This document shows positions 20,042 through 29,905 of a stretch of DNA of 64,000 bases, one piece after another (the first letter of the stretch is position 1; each line of letters opens with the position of its first letter). The DNA is taken from the NCBI GenBank assembly GCA_023396915.1, contig JAEWUV010000002.1, forward strand, positions 151,705 to 215,704, written 5' to 3'. A model generated the notes under the pieces. It did not search any database. It saw only the letters and a list, made by a program, of their open reading frames with translations, and was not told the DNA's origin. The position numbers and the translations under genes are program-made. The stretch comes from Candidatus Parcubacteria bacterium (GTDB taxonomy: Bacteria > Patescibacteriota > Microgenomatia > UBA12405).

Positions 20042-21133
20042 TTAATATTTTCGATTAGTAATAAAATCGATACCGGCAGAAAGTTGAGAGCGGAAGGGTT
20101 TTTGGGATAAAAATTTTAATTCAGTATCAAAGATTTTTTTAGCTTCGACGGAAAATTTGTCAGCTAAATTTTTTGAATAATCTAAACTACCTGTTTCTTT
20201 CATCTGATCTATAACCCAGAGGACTTCTTTCTCCGTTTTTTGGGCCCTGGATTTTTTTAAAATGGTCAATAATTTTGGTTTGTTTTGACTAGAAATATTA
20301 TTTAATAAATGAGTTAGCATAATGGTTCGTTTGCCTTCATAAATATCATTACCAAATTGGTTTTTTTGGCCGGCAAAATTGGAGGTAAGATCTAATAAAT
20401 CATCAATAATCTGAAAAGATTTGCCTAAAGCCTGGCCAAATTTATAAATCGAATTTAACTGTAATGCGCTTGCCCCGGCAAGAATAGCTCCAAGACGCAT
20501 AGGACCAGCAATGGTGTAGTAGCCGGTTTTACTTTCTAATATTAATAGTATGTCTTTTTCTGATAAATCAAAACGGTTTTCCTGTGTCCATTTAATTTCA
20601 ATGGTTTGTCCAAAAATAGTTCGATTAATCATGGTAAAAAATTCCTGTTGAATAGTTTGGGCTATTTTTTTGTCTAAAATAGAAAAATTTTGGGAAAGAA
20701 TATTTAGGGTGAGGTTATGAAGAGCATCACCGGCGTTTATGGCAAGCTCGTTGCCATAAAGTTTTTGGATAGCAGGAAGACCACGACGATTAAGGGATTG
20801 ATCCTCGATATCATCATGCCCTAAAATCCAATCTTCGGAAAGTTGCATGGCGGCGGCAGTGGGGGCGGCTAATTTTGAGTTAAAACCCATGGCTTGAGCG
20901 GTGAGTAAAACAAGTGTCGGGCGAAGATATTTACCCTGACGACAGGGATAATCGGTAACCATTTTGAAATGAAAATCAAGTAGATTTTTATATTTTTTAT
21001 CAAGCTGGCAAAATTGGGGAAGATCTTTGATTTGATTAAGATTTTTTTGGATAAAAGGCCAGAGAGTTTGGCGATAATAAGACAAAGTATCTAAAAAATT
21101 TATTGGTTTCATATTAATCTTCTTCTTTGACAA
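20042..21133 (-). CDS. Polyprenyl diphosphate synthase (trans-isoprenyl diphosphate synthase family)
   Basis: Two Asp-rich motifs, DDIEDQSLNRRG and IIDDLLDLT. Confidence 0.75.
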   Translation of the reverse strand: MSKKKINMKPINFLDTLSYYRQTLWPFIQKNLNQIKDLPQFCQLDKKYKNLLDFHFKMVTDYPCRQGKYLRPTLVLLTAQAMGFNSKLAAPTAAAMQLSEDWILGHDDIEDQSLNRRGLPAIQKLYGNELAINAGDALHNLTLNILSQNFSILDKKIAQTIQQEFFTMINRTIFGQTIEIKWTQENRFDLSEKDILLILESKTGYYTIAGPMRLGAILAGASALQLNSIYKFGQALGKSFQIIDDLLDLTSNFAGQKNQFGNDIYEGKRTIMLTHLLNNISSQNKPKLLTILKKSRAQKTEKEVLWVIDQMKETGSLDYSKNLADKFSVEAKKIFDTELKFLSQKPFRSQLSAGIDFITNRKY

Positions 21134-22283
21134 TTTCTTGGATAACCCCTGTTTTTTTAAGAGCTAAACCAAAAGTATAAGGATAAATTATGGTCATAAT
21201 TTCAAAAGTGGTAACTGAAAGTTCGAAGGCGGAGGGAATTTGGTTGGTAATAAAGAAAGCGCCAAGACCGAGGACAATACCATTTTTAAGACTTTGACGC
21301 ATTTTGTTGCGGTAGACTTTGTCAACTATTTTTTGAGGAATACCTGAAGCGAGAGCTTGTTTACTTGCCTCTTTGTTATTTTTATAACCAGATTGAACTG
21401 TAAGAAGGAAGGTGGCGACGGCAGTAGTAAAATTCATCGGAGTATTTTGTCGTGTAAGATCGGCAATAAAGGTAAATTTTTCAAAACCATCAGGAAAATG
21501 ACGAAGAATAAAAATGGCGATTAATGCACCAACTCCACTAAAACCAGTAATTTTGAGTAAAAGCCGATTATATCTGATTCGAGCTTGAAGAATTTTTTGA
21601 TTTTTTTTGAAAATAAATCTAAAAAGACGCCAAATTAGACGCAAGGCAGTGGGAATAACAATAAGCCCGACAACAACCAAAATAATAGTATTCCAAGGAA
21701 CGGCGGTGGTTTGAGTTATTTTAAATAATGGAAGTTTAAAGTCGGTTCCCTGAAGGGGGTATTTTGGGTAAGGAACCCATTTGTAGAGTAAATTCATTTT
21801 TTGAAGTTTGAGAGGATCGGTATAAAAGTCGATTAAAAAAATGCGAAGGGCGGAAGAAAAGGCAATAGCTTGGACAAAGAAATTGAAGATATAAAAAACT
21901 ACTGGTAAACTCCCCTGCCTGAGCTGTTCGGCAACCTGATTACTGTCCGGTTTTAAGAAATACTGGTCTTCGGAGGTTTCTGATTTTTCCAATTCATCTT
22001 CGAAATCTTTGATAGATTTGTGAAAACGACTACCAATAACCCGAAGAGGTAAAAAAACAATATTTTGGACGATGCCGATAAGAATCACTGAAATCCAAAC
22101 TTGATGAGTTAGAGAATAGATAAAAAAGAAAACGCTGGTATAGAGGCGAAAACTGCCGCCGCGAAAGAACCAGATGAAAAGGATGATTAAAAAAATTAGA
22201 AGAATAGAGGTGAAAAATGGCAACCATTGGCGACTATTATCAATTTTACGGACCTGATTTATGGTGGTTTGGTTTTCGGCCAT
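21114..22283 (-). CDS. Polytopic membrane protein (possibly VirB6/TrbL-like)
   Basis: 389 aa with 7 or more TM helices, divergent from the VirB4-like locus. Assignment is speculative. Confidence 0.35.
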   Translation of the reverse strand: MAENQTTINQVRKIDNSRQWLPFFTSILLIFLIILFIWFFRGGSFRLYTSVFFFIYSLTHQVWISVILIGIVQNIVFLPLRVIGSRFHKSIKDFEDELEKSETSEDQYFLKPDSNQVAEQLRQGSLPVVFYIFNFFVQAIAFSSALRIFLIDFYTDPLKLQKMNLLYKWVPYPKYPLQGTDFKLPLFKITQTTAVPWNTIILVVVGLIVIPTALRLIWRLFRFIFKKNQKILQARIRYNRLLLKITGFSGVGALIAIFILRHFPDGFEKFTFIADLTRQNTPMNFTTAVATFLLTVQSGYKNNKEASKQALASGIPQKIVDKVYRNKMRQSLKNGIVLGLGAFFITNQIPSAFELSVTTFEIMTIIYPYTFGLALKKTGVIQEIVKEED

Positions 22284-22318
22284 TGTGTTAATTATACAAT
22301 TTAACTTATACTGTATGC

Positions 22319-22687
22319 ATGGCTGAGAATAAAGAAGGAATAGATAATAGTGAGATTTTGCGGGAATCGGGTGAAATAACGGGAAGAGTCCCGGAACAGA
22401 TTACCGATTTGAAGGAAAATGTGACGGTACCCAGAGAGGTGGAAACTTGGTTAAAAGAGTTAGAAAAAGGTGAAGATTTAAATCAAAATAATACTAGTGC
22501 AAAAAGTGATGATTCGGTATTAAAACCAATAGCCACAACGGTAACTAAGATTACCTTACCGACAAACAGAGCCAGTTTTACCGGAGGATTTTCAAAACCA
22601 ATAAATCAAGCGTGGAGATGGTTGTCAGAATTTGTTTTAAGAATTATCAAAAAGAATCAAGGTAAGGTAAAATTTAAAGAGGAATGA
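22319..22687 (+). CDS. Hypothetical protein
   Basis: 122 aa. Its stop overlaps the start of the VirB4-like gene. Confidence 0.4.
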   Translation: MAENKEGIDNSEILRESGEITGRVPEQITDLKENVTVPREVETWLKELEKGEDLNQNNTSAKSDDSVLKPIATTVTKITLPTNRASFTGGFSKPINQAWRWLSEFVLRIIKKNQGKVKFKEE

Positions 22688-25017
22688 ATCAATTTGCAAT
22701 AAGTGAATATTTAATTAGTTTTGTAAACGTCTTGGTAATGGCAATATTAATTGCCGGTTTGATATCCTTGATTGGTTGGGGGTTGATACTTTGGTTTAAA
22801 TGGAAAGATAGGGAAGAAAAATCATTGAAGCAAATTAATTTGTTTGTAGCGGTACCTGAGGATAATGAGGTAAAAGTTGATGCCATGGAAACAATAATAA
22901 GTTCTTTTGGCAGTATGTATAAAACGGCTAAGCCAAAATTTTTGCAGTTTTTGACAAGTCAACCAAGCGCTTCATTGGAAATCGTCGGAACTAGTGAGGA
23001 TATTAGGTTTTATATTTCGATACCAGATAAATATCGAGATATGATTGAGAAACAAATTTACAGTGTATACGCCGGGGCTGATATTAAAGAAGTTGATGAG
23101 CCAAACATTTATACTGAAAATGGAGTGGTGGAATATGCTTGGTTAGCCTTAAAAAAACTACCTTACTACCCACTAAAAACTTATAAAGAGATACCAACTG
23201 ATCCATTGGCGGCAGTAACCTCGACTTTGTCGAAACTTAATACAAGCGAAACGGTGGCCATTCAATTGGTAGTGTCCCCCACTGATGGTGCTTGGGCTAA
23301 AGCGGGCAAAAGTTTTATTAGTACCACTAAAAAAAGTGAAAGTAATCCGGAAAAGGCTTCTTATAAAGTAGAAGCAAAACAACTAGAGGCAATCGATCAA
23401 AAATGCAGTAAAACCGGTTTGGAAACAACAATAAGAATAGTAGCAGTGGCGCCAAGTAAGGAAATCGCTAAAAATAATATTGATAATATCAAAGCATGTT
23501 TTGGGCAATTTGAGTCTTCTTGGAACAAATTAAGCAGTAAAAAAATCAAAATAAAGTCTAGTTTCATGGAGAATTTTATTTATAAATATCCGACGGTTTT
23601 ATGGTTTAAAAATAAAACAATTTTATCCAGTGATGAATTGGCTTCTATTTTCCATTTACCTAGTAAAGTAATTGAAACTCCAAATATTTATTGGTTAAAG
23701 GCTAAAAAAGCACCGGCGCCGGTTGATTCGCCAAAGGAAGGACTTTATTTGGGTGATAATTTGTATCGAGGAGTAACCAAGAAGTTCTACATGACACCGA
23801 CTGACCGCCAAAGACACTTTTATATCGTCGGACAAACTGGTGTGGGTAAATCCTGGTTGTTGGCGGATATGGCCTTGCAGGATATTAAGGCCGGAAAAGG
23901 AGTATGTTTTATTGATCCTCACGACACTTTTGAAAGTTTATTGGAAAGAATTCCGCCGGAAAGAGTGGATGATGTAATTTATTTTGATCCATCCCAAACA
24001 GAACGACCAATGGGTTTTAATGTGATGGAATGTGAACGGGAAGACCAAAAAGACTTTGTAACCAGCTCGATTATCAATCTTATGTATAAATTGTACGATC
24101 CGTACAAAACCGGTATCGTCGGTCCCCGATTTGAGCATGCAATCAGAAATATTATGTTAACAGTGATGACCGAGCCAGGAGCAACATTTATAGAAATCGT
24201 TCGCTGCTTGACGGATCAAAGTTATGTCCAGGCAATTTTACCAAAAGTAAAAGACCCAATGGTTAAACGTTATTGGACTGATCAAATTGCCCAAACATCA
24301 GATTTTCATAAGTCAGAAGTGTTGGATTATATCGTGTCGAAATTCGGCCGGTTTATTACTAATACAATGATGAGAAATATTATCGGGCAAAGTACCTCAT
24401 CGTTTAATTTCCGACAGGCTATGGATGATGGGAAAATTCTTATTATTAATTTGGCCAAAGGTACTATCGGTGAAGAAAATTCGGCATTTTTGGGGTTGGT
24501 GTTAATCCCAAAAATTTTGATTGCGGCTATGAGCCGACAAAATGTGCCAGAAGAAAAGCGTCGGGATTTTTACCTATATGTGGACGAATTCCAAAATTTT
24601 GCTACTCAGGATTTTGCGGTGATTTTGTCTGAGGCAAGAAAATATCATTTGAATTTGACAGTGGCAAACCAGTTTGTTTCCCAAATGGATGATGAAGTGA
24701 AAAATGCCGTTTTTGGAAACGTAGGTACTATTTGTAGTTTCCGGTTAGGTATCTCGGATGCTGGATTTTTAGTTAAACAATTCCAACCAGAATTTGGAGA
24801 GCATGATTTGCTTAATTTAGGAACCGGAGAAGTTTATTTGAAAACTATGGTAAACGGAGTACCGAAAGATCCTTTTTCATTAAAGGTGGCGGCAGAAGAA
24901 AAGAAAAAACCGGGAAATCCGAAATTATCAGAAATGATTAAGAGGTTGTCAGCATTGAAATACGGCAGACCAAAAACATTAGTGGAAGCAGAAATAGCAC
25001 AGAGAGCCAGATTATAA
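22684..25017 (+). CDS. VirB4/TraC-family type IV secretion ATPase-like protein
   Basis: 777 aa with an N-terminal TM. Walker A is IVGQTGVGKSWL followed by CFIDPHD; Walker B is LYVDEFQNF. Overall size matches VirB4. Confidence 0.55.
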   Translation: MNQFAISEYLISFVNVLVMAILIAGLISLIGWGLILWFKWKDREEKSLKQINLFVAVPEDNEVKVDAMETIISSFGSMYKTAKPKFLQFLTSQPSASLEIVGTSEDIRFYISIPDKYRDMIEKQIYSVYAGADIKEVDEPNIYTENGVVEYAWLALKKLPYYPLKTYKEIPTDPLAAVTSTLSKLNTSETVAIQLVVSPTDGAWAKAGKSFISTTKKSESNPEKASYKVEAKQLEAIDQKCSKTGLETTIRIVAVAPSKEIAKNNIDNIKACFGQFESSWNKLSSKKIKIKSSFMENFIYKYPTVLWFKNKTILSSDELASIFHLPSKVIETPNIYWLKAKKAPAPVDSPKEGLYLGDNLYRGVTKKFYMTPTDRQRHFYIVGQTGVGKSWLLADMALQDIKAGKGVCFIDPHDTFESLLERIPPERVDDVIYFDPSQTERPMGFNVMECEREDQKDFVTSSIINLMYKLYDPYKTGIVGPRFEHAIRNIMLTVMTEPGATFIEIVRCLTDQSYVQAILPKVKDPMVKRYWTDQIAQTSDFHKSEVLDYIVSKFGRFITNTMMRNIIGQSTSSFNFRQAMDDGKILIINLAKGTIGEENSAFLGLVLIPKILIAAMSRQNVPEEKRRDFYLYVDEFQNFATQDFAVILSEARKYHLNLTVANQFVSQMDDEVKNAVFGNVGTICSFRLGISDAGFLVKQFQPEFGEHDLLNLGTGEVYLKTMVNGVPKDPFSLKVAAEEKKKPGNPKLSEMIKRLSALKYGRPKTLVEAEIAQRARL

Positions 25018-25055
25018 AACCCTAACCCTCCCCTTTCCCTTGACAGGGCAAGGGT
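25014..25055. repeat. Type A palindromic repeat (CCCTTGACAGGGCAAGGG hairpin)
   Basis: AAAACCCTAACCCTCCCCTTTCCCTTGACAGGGCAAGGGTAAAA. Confidence 0.8.
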
Positions 25056-25061
25056 AAAAAA

Positions 25062-25085
25062 AATAACCCCGGAGTGAGGTTATTT
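25062..25085. terminator. Bidirectional rho-independent-type hairpin between the convergent virB4-like and integrase genes
   Basis: A-run, then ATAACCccggagtgaGGTTAT stem-loop, then T-run. Confidence 0.4.
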
Positions 25086-25107
25086 AATCTCAAAAATTGT
25101 TTTTTAT

Positions 25108-25974
25108 TTATAATTCTTTGAGTTTGATGCCGCGGGCTTCGTCTTTGTTGTCGATTAATTCCAAATATTTTTCAGTGGTAGAGATACGTTTGTGGCCGAC
25201 AACTTGGGAAACAACATCGATAGGGACACCGGATTTAAGCTGGAAAACAATGAAAGTATTACGAAGATCGTTGACTTTGACCTCTTTGATATCGGCTCGG
25301 TTGAAATAACGATTTAAAAGACTTCTGATATTTCTGGCAAGTAAAGTTTTGCCGGTTTTGGTGACAAAAACATTTTTGGAACGACTAGGATAACGTCCAT
25401 TGTCAAGATATTTTTGCAAAGCTTGTTTAGCTGAGTTATTTAAAGGAACGTTTCTGGTGGGATGACTTTCATAAGCCTCGACAGTAATATCATTGTCTTT
25501 GACATGTTCCAGCTTGAGATTTTCTATTTCTTTGATACGAAGGCCAGCTTGGAGCATAAGTTCAACAATGGCAGTAGCTCTGGTATCGTTCCTGCAAGCA
25601 TCACGAAGTGATCTATATTCAACAGGTTTTAAGATTTTAGGTAAATCGTTTTCGTATTTAGGATGTTTGACTTCGACTGAAGGGTCAACTTCAATTGTGC
25701 CTTCATTTTTTAGAAAAGAAAAGAAGTTTTTGATAGAATTAAGTTTTCTGGAAATAGATTTGGCAGTGTAAGAATTGTCGGTTAAATCTTGTTTAAAATT
25801 ATCAATATGTTGGGATTTGACAGCGTCTACAGTCTCGATATTTTGAGATTTTAAATAAGAAATAAGTTGGTTGATGTCGCCTTTGTAAGCTACAATAGTA
25901 TTGGTTGACTTACCTTTTTGGGTAAGCGCATCAGCAAAACTATTTAAACAATTTTCTAAGGATAAGTCAGTCAC
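25108..25974 (-). CDS. Tyrosine site-specific recombinase (XerC/XerD / phage-integrase family)
   Basis: N-terminal core-binding domain. C-terminal catalytic region includes R...VGHKRISTTEKYLEL (the LGH..x..TT..Y motif with the active-site Tyr). Confidence 0.75.
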   Translation of the reverse strand: MTDLSLENCLNSFADALTQKGKSTNTIVAYKGDINQLISYLKSQNIETVDAVKSQHIDNFKQDLTDNSYTAKSISRKLNSIKNFFSFLKNEGTIEVDPSVEVKHPKYENDLPKILKPVEYRSLRDACRNDTRATAIVELMLQAGLRIKEIENLKLEHVKDNDITVEAYESHPTRNVPLNNSAKQALQKYLDNGRYPSRSKNVFVTKTGKTLLARNIRSLLNRYFNRADIKEVKVNDLRNTFIVFQLKSGVPIDVVSQVVGHKRISTTEKYLELIDNKDEARGIKLKEL

Positions 25975-26014
25975 AGTGGCTTATAGTAACACAAACTAGG
26001 TCGAAAAACAAGTT

Positions 26015-26377
26015 ATGATGAAAATAAAAAAGATTATATGGGTATTATTGACTGTAATAGTATTGCTTTCAACTTTGGTGAATATGAAAAATCAATTTAA
26101 TACCTTAAGATTGGCTAAATCTAAGAATGAAGAATTGGTATTAAAATTAGAACAAATGAATGTTTTGAAGAATAATTTGGTTAAAAAAATTGAATATGCG
26201 ACGAGTAGCGCTTTTGTAAACTCTCAGAGGAAAGAGTTGTTGGGTTTAGGGACGGATGATGACTATTGGTTGGATATTGAAGAGGATCAGGAGAAGCCTG
26301 AAGAAATAATAAGACAAGTTTACGAAACGGAAAGGGAGAGTAATTTTAAAAAATGGCTAAAACTGTTTACGGATTAG
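26015..26377 (+). CDS. Septum-formation-initiator-like (FtsB/DivIC-family) protein
   Basis: 120 aa with an N-terminal TM helix followed by a coiled coil (LVLKLEQMNVLKNNLVKKIEY). Confidence 0.4.
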   Translation: MMKIKKIIWVLLTVIVLLSTLVNMKNQFNTLRLAKSKNEELVLKLEQMNVLKNNLVKKIEYATSSAFVNSQRKELLGLGTDDDYWLDIEEDQEKPEEIIRQVYETERESNFKKWLKLFTD

Positions 26378-26438
26378 TGTCATCGTGTTAGAATAGCGGA
26401 CGAGTCTTCTCTGTGTAAAGCTACGGAAGACTTATACA

Positions 26439-26508
26439 TGCGGGGTAGTGTACGGCTGCACGTGAGGCTCATAATCTCACAGGCCAGGTTCAACTCCTGG
26501 CCCCGCAA
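26439..26508 (+). tRNA. tRNA with CAU anticodon (Met/fMet/Ile2-type)
   Basis: UGCGGGG acceptor paired with CCCCGCA, canonical T arm CCAGG-UUCAACU-CCUGG, anticodon loop CUCAUAA. A hairpin followed by a U-run lies downstream. Confidence 0.5.
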
Positions 26509-26522
26509 CAAACAAAGAGGTC

Positions 26523-26553
26523 GTCATTAATTTGACGGCTTTTTTGTGCCTTC
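26523..26553 (+). terminator. Rho-independent terminator after the plus-strand tRNA
   Basis: GTCGTCAttaattTGACGGC followed by TTTTTTGT. Confidence 0.5.
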
Positions 26554-26665
26554 AAATCTCCTTCGGCTTCGCCGCTTTCCCCTTTGAAAAAAGGGGAACT
26601 TTAAGACAAAACCCACCCGTCCCGCAGTGGCGGGACACCCTCCCTTGACGAAAGGAGGGTAAAAC
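26553..26665. repeat. Type B + B' palindromic repeats
   Basis: CTCCTTCGGCTTCGCCGCTTTCCCCTTTGAAAAAAGGGGAA ... GTCCCGCAGTGGCGGGACACCCTCCCTTGACGAAAGGAGGG. Confidence 0.8.
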
Positions 26666-26722
26666 AAAAAATAAGATGTATTTGGAAAATATGGAGGGAA
26701 GAATACAATAAAGTCTAAATAC

Positions 26723-26799
26723 TGGTGGGTATGCATGGACTCGGACCATGGACCCCCGACTTATAAGATCGGTGCTCTAACCAACTGAGCTACATACCC
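26723..26799 (-). tRNA. tRNA with UAU anticodon (Ile-type), CCA encoded
   Basis: GGGUAUG acceptor, D arm GCUC-AGUUGGUUA-GAGC, anticodon loop CUUAUAA. The T loop UCCGAGU has C at position 55, which is unusual. Confidence 0.55.
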
Positions 26800-26810
26800 G
26801 GATATTTTTG

Positions 26811-26884
26811 TAGCAGGGGCGGGGCTCGAACCCGCGACCTTAGCGTTATGAATGCTACGCTCTAACCAGCTGAGCTACCCTGCC
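26811..26884 (-). tRNA. tRNA with CAU anticodon (Met/Ile2-type)
   Basis: GGCAGGG acceptor, D arm GCUC-AGCUGGUUA-GAGC, anticodon loop UUCAUAA, T arm GCGGG-UUCGAGC-CCCGC. Confidence 0.65.
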
Positions 26885-26932
26885 TTGGTTTGTACTGGGA
26901 ATTATACCAAAATAATATGTTAGGATGGATAT

Positions 26933-27733
26933 ATGGATACAAAACCAACAATGGTAGATTGTCATTGTCATGTAGTTACGAAAAGACTTTATAATGAGTA
27001 CAAAGAAAAAAGCCAGGCAGATAAGTCAATTTGTATCAGAACAATTAAGATTTTGTCGCAGGATATGGAGGCAAAAAACCCAGAAGATGCTTTTTATGAA
27101 CTTTTGGCTGAAAAAAATGAATTGTTCGGAGTGGAATGTATTGAATATGGTGAGGAGATTGCTCCCCAATTGGAAAGGATTCAAAAAAGATTGGCCAGTT
27201 GTAAAAAAATTGTTGGCTTAAAATTATATGTAGGATATCAGCATTTTTATGCCAATAATCCCGAAATTTTTGATTTTTACCGATTCGCCGAAAAGAATAA
27301 TCTGGTAGTAATTTTTCATGGTGGAGATGTATGGGATCCGAGTAATCAAGCTCAGGTTAAATATTCTCATCCGATTTATGTAGATGATGTGGCAACATAT
27401 TTCCCTAAAGTAAAATTTGTAATTTCTCATTTTGCTTTTCCATATATTCTGGAAACAGCAATGGTAGTAAATAAAAATAAAAATGTTTACACCGATATTT
27501 CGGGGATATTAGATGACGGTTTGTTTAGCCCGTATTTTGCACAAGATATTAAAAAAGCATTGTCTTACTACCCGGAGATTATCAATAAAATTATGTATGG
27601 CTCAGATTTTTGTGGTAACCACACCCCGCTAAACAACACCATTGATTATGGAATGTTTGTCAGAAACAATTTTAATGATGAAGAAGTGGAATTAATTTTC
27701 CACAAAACCGCAGAAAAGTTGTATGGGATTTAG
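26933..27733 (+). CDS. Amidohydrolase-2 family metal-dependent hydrolase (TIM barrel)
   Basis: N-terminal DCHCH motif and a C-terminal ...VKFVISHFAFPY segment typical of PF04909-like amidohydrolases. Confidence 0.5.
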   Translation: MDTKPTMVDCHCHVVTKRLYNEYKEKSQADKSICIRTIKILSQDMEAKNPEDAFYELLAEKNELFGVECIEYGEEIAPQLERIQKRLASCKKIVGLKLYVGYQHFYANNPEIFDFYRFAEKNNLVVIFHGGDVWDPSNQAQVKYSHPIYVDDVATYFPKVKFVISHFAFPYILETAMVVNKNKNVYTDISGILDDGLFSPYFAQDIKKALSYYPEIINKIMYGSDFCGNHTPLNNTIDYGMFVRNNFNDEEVELIFHKTAEKLYGI

Positions 27734-27926
27734 TTATTAATATTTTGGTAAAATTAAAATAGAAAAATGATAAAAGAAGATTTAAAAAAAACATTGGGAA
27801 AAGGGACTGAACAGCTTTCGTTAAAAAGTAAGACCCTTTTAAAACAGGCGTTCAATGCACCTTGGGGATGGGTGGTTTTATTGGTACTATTGGCAATATT
27901 GGTGTTGATTTAAGTTATGATTGGAG

Positions 27927-28706
27927 TTATTTAATGTGTTTGAGATAAAAACTAGCTGAAAATTTATCTTTAAAACCAAGTCTTTTATAGAATTCATATG
28001 GGTAGTGGCCTTTTTCTGTGGCAAGACAATGGGTTTTATTATGATTTAAAATAGACTGATTTATACAAAATAAAGTAGCCTTTTTACCAAAACCAAGACC
28101 CCTAACTTCTTGAAGAGAACCGACATTTGAAATATAGCCAATACCTTTAAAATTAGTGAGTGATGAAACGGCTACTGGTTTGTTATTTTCATTATAAAAA
28201 ATAAAATACTCTAATTGGTCATTTTTGGATTTTGTCACCCAGGCCTTTTTTGCTGTGTCAATATAACCACCTAATTCCCCATATGGATTTTGAGAATCAT
28301 TTTTTTGATAGCACTGATTAAATGTTTCTAAAAAGATATCCAAATCATCTAAATTCTTTACTTTTTTATAATTACTAAAATCCCTAATATCAAAATTATC
28401 AGAGAAAAACATCCATTGATCTGTTGCTTCTTTTTCGTAATTTTCTTTTTCAAGAAGTTTTATATTTTTGTAATCATCATTAAGTAGATAGAAGCAAGGG
28501 TTTCTTTTAATTAAAGACATTATTTTCTCTATTTTTTGAATGTTTAATTCTGTTATTTCTTTTTCGACAAAACAATTATTCCAATAAAACGAATCGTCTG
28601 TTTTTGACGAAACTAAAAACCCAAAACCTAATTCTTTTAAGCCATCAAAAGCTGTGCCTTTTTGGAATTCAAAATATTTTTTTAAAAAATCTTTACTGTT
28701 GATCAT
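27927..28706 (-). CDS. GNAT-like acetyltransferase-domain protein
   Basis: C-terminal EVRGLGFGKKATLFC...YEFYKRLGF acetyltransferase-type motif. Confidence 0.45.
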   Translation of the reverse strand: MINSKDFLKKYFEFQKGTAFDGLKELGFGFLVSSKTDDSFYWNNCFVEKEITELNIQKIEKIMSLIKRNPCFYLLNDDYKNIKLLEKENYEKEATDQWMFFSDNFDIRDFSNYKKVKNLDDLDIFLETFNQCYQKNDSQNPYGELGGYIDTAKKAWVTKSKNDQLEYFIFYNENNKPVAVSSLTNFKGIGYISNVGSLQEVRGLGFGKKATLFCINQSILNHNKTHCLATEKGHYPYEFYKRLGFKDKFSASFYLKHIK

Positions 28707-29704
28707 TATTTTATTCCCATTGCTGTTAAGACATCATCGAGAGTCTTCTGGGCTTCGGCGGCGGCAATACGACTCCCTTGCTCAATTATGCCGTCAATAA
28801 CGTCAAATTTGCCTTCGAACTCGGCTCTCTTTTGTCTGATTGGGTCTAAAAATTTGTTGATGGCTAAAGCTAATTTAGTTTTAACTTCGACATCCCCTAC
28901 TTGCCCGGCTTTGTATCTCTTTTTTAAATCTTCAACTTCGGCTTTGTTGTCATTAAAATAATCGTGATAAATAAAAACTGGATTACCTTCGACATGGCCT
29001 GGATCAGTTGGTTTGAGTCTGGTTGGGTCAGTATACATACCCTTAACCTTTTTATTAACCGTTTCCTCATCGTCGGAAAGATAAATACAATTACCAATAG
29101 ACTTGCTCATTTTGGCCTGACCGTCAGTGCCAATTAGAGTACCACCTTCGCCAATTAAAGCCTTGGGAATAGGGAAAATTTCTCCGTAAGTTTTATTAAA
29201 AGTAGTAGCAATTTCTCGGGTGACTTCGACATGACTTTCCTGATCCTTTCCAACCGGAACTAGATGAGCTTTGACCATAAGAATATCAGAGGCCATAAGT
29301 GCCGGATAATTTAACAGACCAAGAGAAGGTTGTTTTAAGTGAAGATCATTTATAACTTCTTTGAGAGTGGGAACCCGTTGGGCTCGAGGAACAGTAATAA
29401 GATTGGTAAAAATAGTTTCAAGATAAGTTACTTGGGGAACTCTGCTTTGTTGATAAATAACTGATTTTTTGGGATCAATACCAACAGAAAGATAATCAAG
29501 AACTAATCCTCTGACCCGATCACGAATAGTAGAAGTGTGTTCTTTGGAAAAATTGGTGGTGAGAGTGTGGAGATCGGCCATGATAAAAAAACAGTCATAC
29601 TCGTCTTGGAGTTTAACTCGGTTTTTTAGCGTGCCGATGTAATGGCCCAAATGAAGAGGGCCAGTAGGTCGATCACCAGTAAGAATGCGAGGTTTATTAG
29701 ACAT
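28706..29704 (-). CDS. trpS: Tryptophanyl-tRNA synthetase (start moved to ATG at 29704)
   Basis: HIGH-type motif TGPLHLGHY and KMSKS motif. The listed GTG start adds 13 aa that are encoded by a repeat element. Confidence 0.9.
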   Translation of the reverse strand: MSNKPRILTGDRPTGPLHLGHYIGTLKNRVKLQDEYDCFFIMADLHTLTTNFSKEHTSTIRDRVRGLVLDYLSVGIDPKKSVIYQQSRVPQVTYLETIFTNLITVPRAQRVPTLKEVINDLHLKQPSLGLLNYPALMASDILMVKAHLVPVGKDQESHVEVTREIATTFNKTYGEIFPIPKALIGEGGTLIGTDGQAKMSKSIGNCIYLSDDEETVNKKVKGMYTDPTRLKPTDPGHVEGNPVFIYHDYFNDNKAEVEDLKKRYKAGQVGDVEVKTKLALAINKFLDPIRQKRAEFEGKFDVIDGIIEQGSRIAAAEAQKTLDDVLTAMGIK

Positions 29705-29719
29705 AAATGATTTTAGCAC

Positions 29720-29829
29720 GAAACCCACCTGTCCTTCGGACACCCTCCCTTGATGAAGGGAGGGAATTTTAAGACAAAACCTCTCTGTCGATAAATCGAC
29801 ATCTCCCCTTAAAAAAGGGAGAAGTCTCT
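29720..29829. repeat. Type B' + type C palindromic repeats
   Basis: GTCCTTCGGACACCCTCCCTTGATGAAGGGAGGG ... CTCTGTCGATAAATCGACATCTCCCCTTAAAAAAGGGAGAAG. Confidence 0.8.
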
Positions 29830-29905
29830 GTTATAATAGTCGAAGTTTATTAAGGCCGAAGTCAGGTAAGCATAAGCTGAAGGGACATTAGGCAGAAAAA
29901 TAGAA

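Noticed and set aside
26380-26436. Hairpin GAGTCTTC...GAAGACTT upstream of the plus-strand tRNA as a riboswitch or T-box
   Set aside because: It is too short and lacks specifier or T-box consensus. It is more likely a processing or terminator-like stem.
29705-29743. N-terminal 13 aa of the listed trpS ORF (GTG start, [13 protein letters not shown])
   Set aside because: This stretch is encoded by a type B' repeat. The downstream ATG ([22 protein letters not shown]) fits TrpS alignment.
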